A stretch of DNA of 64,000 nt from an uncultured Nitrospiraceae bacterium (GTDB taxonomy: Bacteria > Nitrospirota > Thermodesulfovibrionia > Thermodesulfovibrionales > Dissulfurispiraceae), in NCBI GenBank assembly GCA_963705105.1, contig CAVPIW010000014.1, positions 64,001-128,000 of the forward strand. The letters run 5' to 3'. This document shows positions 61,029 through 64,000 of the stretch, in pieces. Within the stretch, counting starts at the first letter, position 1. Each line of letters begins with the position of its first letter. The translations under genes were made by a program, and so were the position numbers. Below the pieces are notes generated by a model. That model was not told where the DNA came from. It ran no database searches and saw nothing but the letters and a program-made list of their open reading frames with translations.

Positions 61029-62467
61029 GCTGAACGAGGGGTGAGGGCGGCGACGAGGGCACCGGTGAGCAGGCCGATTTCATCATCCTGCACGGTCCTT
61101 GCATCGATGATGAGGGCCTCCTCGCGGATGCGGGCGATGACGGGCGGGATCCCCCGGCGGAGGCGCTCTTCGATGGCGTGAGCAGACAGATGTGCCGATC
61201 TGACAGAGACCGCAAACGTCCTGAATTCGATCTCCGGGAGGGCGCCCCCCCCTGACTGGGACGTCTCGGCGACGACGGCGACGGTCACACCCTCTCCGGC
61301 AGCGCCGGCAAGACCGCTCCTGAGAAGGCGGGCGATCCTCTGCGCCCTTTTTCTGATCACCGCGGGGTCCTGAAAGATCATGTGGAGGGTGGGAATGGCG
61401 CCCCGGGCCGTCTCGTCGTCGAGATATTTCATGAGCGTCGCCTCAAAGGCCGCTAATGTGAGCTTGTCGATCCGGACGGCCCTCATGAGGGGATTGCGGG
61501 CGATCCTCTCGATGAGCTCCGACTTGCCGGCGATGACTCCGCCCTGTGGCCCGCCGAGGAGCTTGTCGCCGCTGAAGGTGACGATGTCCGCTCCGGCCTT
61601 GACGACCTCCTGCACCGTCGTCTCGATCGTGATGCCCGCAGGCCGGAAGTCGGTGAGGCAGCCGCTGCCGAGGTCGAACATGACGGGGAGGGAGCTTTTC
61701 TTCCCGAGGGTCACCATCTCGGCGACAGACACCTCCTCGGTGAACCCGATGATCCTGAAGTTCGACTGGTGGACCTTCAGGAGGAGGGCCGTCTGCTCGC
61801 CGATGGCCCGTTCATAGTCGAACAGGTGGGTCCTGTTCGTCGTTCCCACTTCCCGCAGGATGGCGCCGCTGGCGCTCATGACGTCGGGAATTCTAAAGGC
61901 GCCGCCGATCTCGACAAGCTCTCCCCGCGAGACGACGACCTCCCTGCCCCGGGCGAGCGTGTTGAGGCAGACAAGGACCGCCGCGGCGTTGTTGTTGACG
62001 ATCAGCCCGTCCTCGGCGCCGGTGATGTCCCGTATGAGGCGCTGGATATGGCTGTAGCGCTTTCCGCGCCTGCCCCTGCCGAGGTCGTATTCGAGATTCG
62101 AATAGGATGACGCGATCTCGCAGACATGATCGAGCACATCCCGGGACAGGAGGGAGCGCCCCAGATTGGTGTGGATGACGACACCCGTCCCGTTGATGAC
62201 CCGTCTCAGGCTGAACGCGGACAGGCGGGCGGCGCGGGATTCGATCTCGGCCTCAAAATGACCGGTGTCAATATCCGTCGCCCCGCCATCCAGTATCAGC
62301 CTGCGCTTTTCCTCTATGACCTCGCGGATCGCCTGCAGGACGTAGCGGCGCGGGAAAGTCCGCTGCCAGGCCAGGCCTTTCACGGATTTGAGCACTTCAT
62401 CGACAGCAGGCAGCGACGCGAGGATCTTTTGCTTGTCCATATTCTCCTTCCGGTCCCGGTCGTTCAT
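61025..62467 (-). CDS. selA: L-seryl-tRNA(Sec) selenium transferase
   Basis: [34 protein letters not shown]; start may be 62440. Confidence 0.96.
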   Translation of the reverse strand: MNDRDRKENMDKQKILASLPAVDEVLKSVKGLAWQRTFPRRYVLQAIREVIEEKRRLILDGGATDIDTGHFEAEIESRAARLSAFSLRRVINGTGVVIHTNLGRSLLSRDVLDHVCEIASSYSNLEYDLGRGRRGKRYSHIQRLIRDITGAEDGLIVNNNAAAVLVCLNTLARGREVVVSRGELVEIGGAFRIPDVMSASGAILREVGTTNRTHLFDYERAIGEQTALLLKVHQSNFRIIGFTEEVSVAEMVTLGKKSSLPVMFDLGSGCLTDFRPAGITIETTVQEVVKAGADIVTFSGDKLLGGPQGGVIAGKSELIERIARNPLMRAVRIDKLTLAAFEATLMKYLDDETARGAIPTLHMIFQDPAVIRKRAQRIARLLRSGLAGAAGEGVTVAVVAETSQSGGGALPEIEFRTFAVSVRSAHLSAHAIEERLRRGIPPVIARIREEALIIDARTVQDDEIGLLTGALVAALTPRSA

Positions 62468-62651
62468 CCCGGCATTGGGGCCGAAAAAAACAGCCTGCCG
62501 GAAACTGTCCGGGAGCTTTTCAAACGCAGAGGGTTTGTATTATTATACATACTCTATTGAAACCATCAAGAATTTTCTTTGAAGATATCTTGCTGGAAAT
62601 CCTTGCAGAACAACCGGGGAATCAGTGCGCCCCGCAGCGGAGGTTTGTTTT

Positions 62652-63788
62652 ATGAAACGTTATCTTTTAGCCCCTGGCCCGACGCCTGTGCCGCCGGAGG
62701 TGCTCCTCTCGATGGCCATGCCGATCATCCACCACCGTTCGGCGGACTTCGTCCCGATCCTCGACTCGGCGAAGAAGGGGCTCCAGTGGCTGTACCAGAC
62801 CAAAAACGACGTCCTGATTCTTTCCTCCACAGGCACCGGCGGTATGGTCGGATCGGTCAACAACTTCTTCAATCCCGGTGATACCGTGCTCGTCATAAAC
62901 GGGGGAAAATTCGGAGAGCGGTGGACGAAGATCTCTCAGGCATACGGCCTCAACGTGATCGAGATCCCCGTCGAGTGGGGCTATGCCGTCAAAACCGGGC
63001 AGATCGAAGAGGCCCTGAAAGGCAACGCGCAGATCAAGGGCGTCCTTATCCAGGCCACCGAGACGTCAACGGGCGTTACCCACGACATCGAAGCCATCGG
63101 AAAGATTGTCCGTAACTATGACGACACCCTCTTCATCGTTGATGCCATCAGCGCCCTCGTGGCCCATGACCTGCGCACCGATGAGTGGGGCGTCGATATC
63201 ATGGTCGGCGGGTCCCAGAAGGGAGTCATGTTGCCGCCCGGGCTCGCCTTTGCGAGCGTGAGCGAGAAGGCCTGGAAGCGGAATGCGACGTCCAGGATGC
63301 CGCGGTTTTACTTCAACTTCAAGAAAGAGCGCGAGAGCCTCGCCAAGAATCAGACGAACTATACATCCGCTGTCAGCCTCATCATCGGCCTTAACGAGGC
63401 GATCAAGATGCTCCAGGCCGAGGGACTGGAAAACGTGTTCAAACGCCATGCCCTTCTCGCCAGCGCCACGCGGGAAGCGGTGAAGGCGATCGGCCTGAAT
63501 CTCTATGCGAAGGAACGGCCGAGCAACTCCGTGACGGCCATCGAGGCCCCTGCGGGGGTCGACGGCCAGGAGATCTACAAGACCCTCCGGGAGCGGTACG
63601 GTGTGACAGGCGCGGGAGGCCAGGACAAGGCGAAGGGGAAGATATTCAGGCTTGCCCACCTGGGCTATTCCGGTCCCTTCGACGTCATCACGGGCATTGC
63701 GGCCCTTGAGATGGTACTGAAGAGTCTCGGCTACCCGGTGAAGCTCGGGACGGGTGTCGGTGCCGCCCAAGAGCTGTTGATGAAATAA
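62652..63788 (+). CDS. Class V aminotransferase (serine/alanine-glyoxylate type; likely phosphoserine aminotransferase role)
   Basis: PGPTPVP, ETSTGV, VDAIS, GSQK; directly upstream of serA. Confidence 0.9.
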   Translation: MKRYLLAPGPTPVPPEVLLSMAMPIIHHRSADFVPILDSAKKGLQWLYQTKNDVLILSSTGTGGMVGSVNNFFNPGDTVLVINGGKFGERWTKISQAYGLNVIEIPVEWGYAVKTGQIEEALKGNAQIKGVLIQATETSTGVTHDIEAIGKIVRNYDDTLFIVDAISALVAHDLRTDEWGVDIMVGGSQKGVMLPPGLAFASVSEKAWKRNATSRMPRFYFNFKKERESLAKNQTNYTSAVSLIIGLNEAIKMLQAEGLENVFKRHALLASATREAVKAIGLNLYAKERPSNSVTAIEAPAGVDGQEIYKTLRERYGVTGAGGQDKAKGKIFRLAHLGYSGPFDVITGIAALEMVLKSLGYPVKLGTGVGAAQELLMK

Positions 63789-63806
63789 TCGAGGAGGAGG
63801 GAGTAC

Positions 63807-64000
63807 ATGAAGGTTCTCGTCAGCGACAACATATCGCCGAAAGGCGTAGAGATACTCAAGAAGGCCGGCCTCGAGGTCGATGTGAATACGGGCCTCAAGC
63901 CGGACGAGCTGAAGGCGATCATCGGCCAGTACCACGCCCTCGTCATCAGGAGCGCGACGAAGGTGACAGCGGAGATCCTGGAGGCGGCAACGAACCTCAA
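63807..64000 (+). CDS. serA: D-3-phosphoglycerate dehydrogenase, N-terminal part
   Basis: GAGGAGG RBS; MKVLVSDNISPKGVEILK...LVIRSATKVT. Confidence 0.9.
   Translation, partial: MKVLVSDNISPKGVEILKKAGLEVDVNTGLKPDELKAIIGQYHALVIRSATKVTAEILEAATNL

Noticed and set aside
61025..62467. Selenoproteins via UGA read-through prompted by selA
   Set aside because: No in-frame TGA aligned to a catalytic Cys position was found in the genes examined

Overview
64-kb bacterial chromosome segment from an anaerobe; gene content suggests Nitrospirota/Thermodesulfovibrionia or a similar lineage (inference). Positions 1-7574 are the right part of an AT-richer element integrated at a tRNA-Glu(TTC) gene: integrase N-terminus, excisionase, primase-C-terminal/HTH protein, an IS256 with 8-bp TSD, a PEP-CTERM protein, a serine recombinase and paired lipoproteins. 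It ends in a duplicated tRNA 3' half. The remainder is mostly GC-rich core genome: porC-porA-porB plus a PorD/GltD(DsrL-like) flavoprotein, fba, pfk, mutY-like, LysR-tupA'-tupABC, rpsU, an octaheme HAO-like cytochrome, cysM, gap, pgk, speD/speE, dgt, selA, an aminotransferase and the start of serA. The most notable accessory features are four. (i) A tandemly duplicated secreted cytochrome gene built of 8 and 10 tethered monoheme domains, PgcA-like, with frameshifts in this assembly. (ii) A sigma54/heme-sensor-controlled rhodanese-YeiH-USP cluster next to cysM, with a clear -24/-12 promoter and enhancer sites. (iii) An AAA+/DUF4143 gene behind a perfect palindrome covering its -35 box. (iv) A dense family of modular, nested MITE/REP-like intergenic repeats. 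No CRISPR array, rRNA or intact tRNA was seen. All family assignments come from motif recognition, not database searches.
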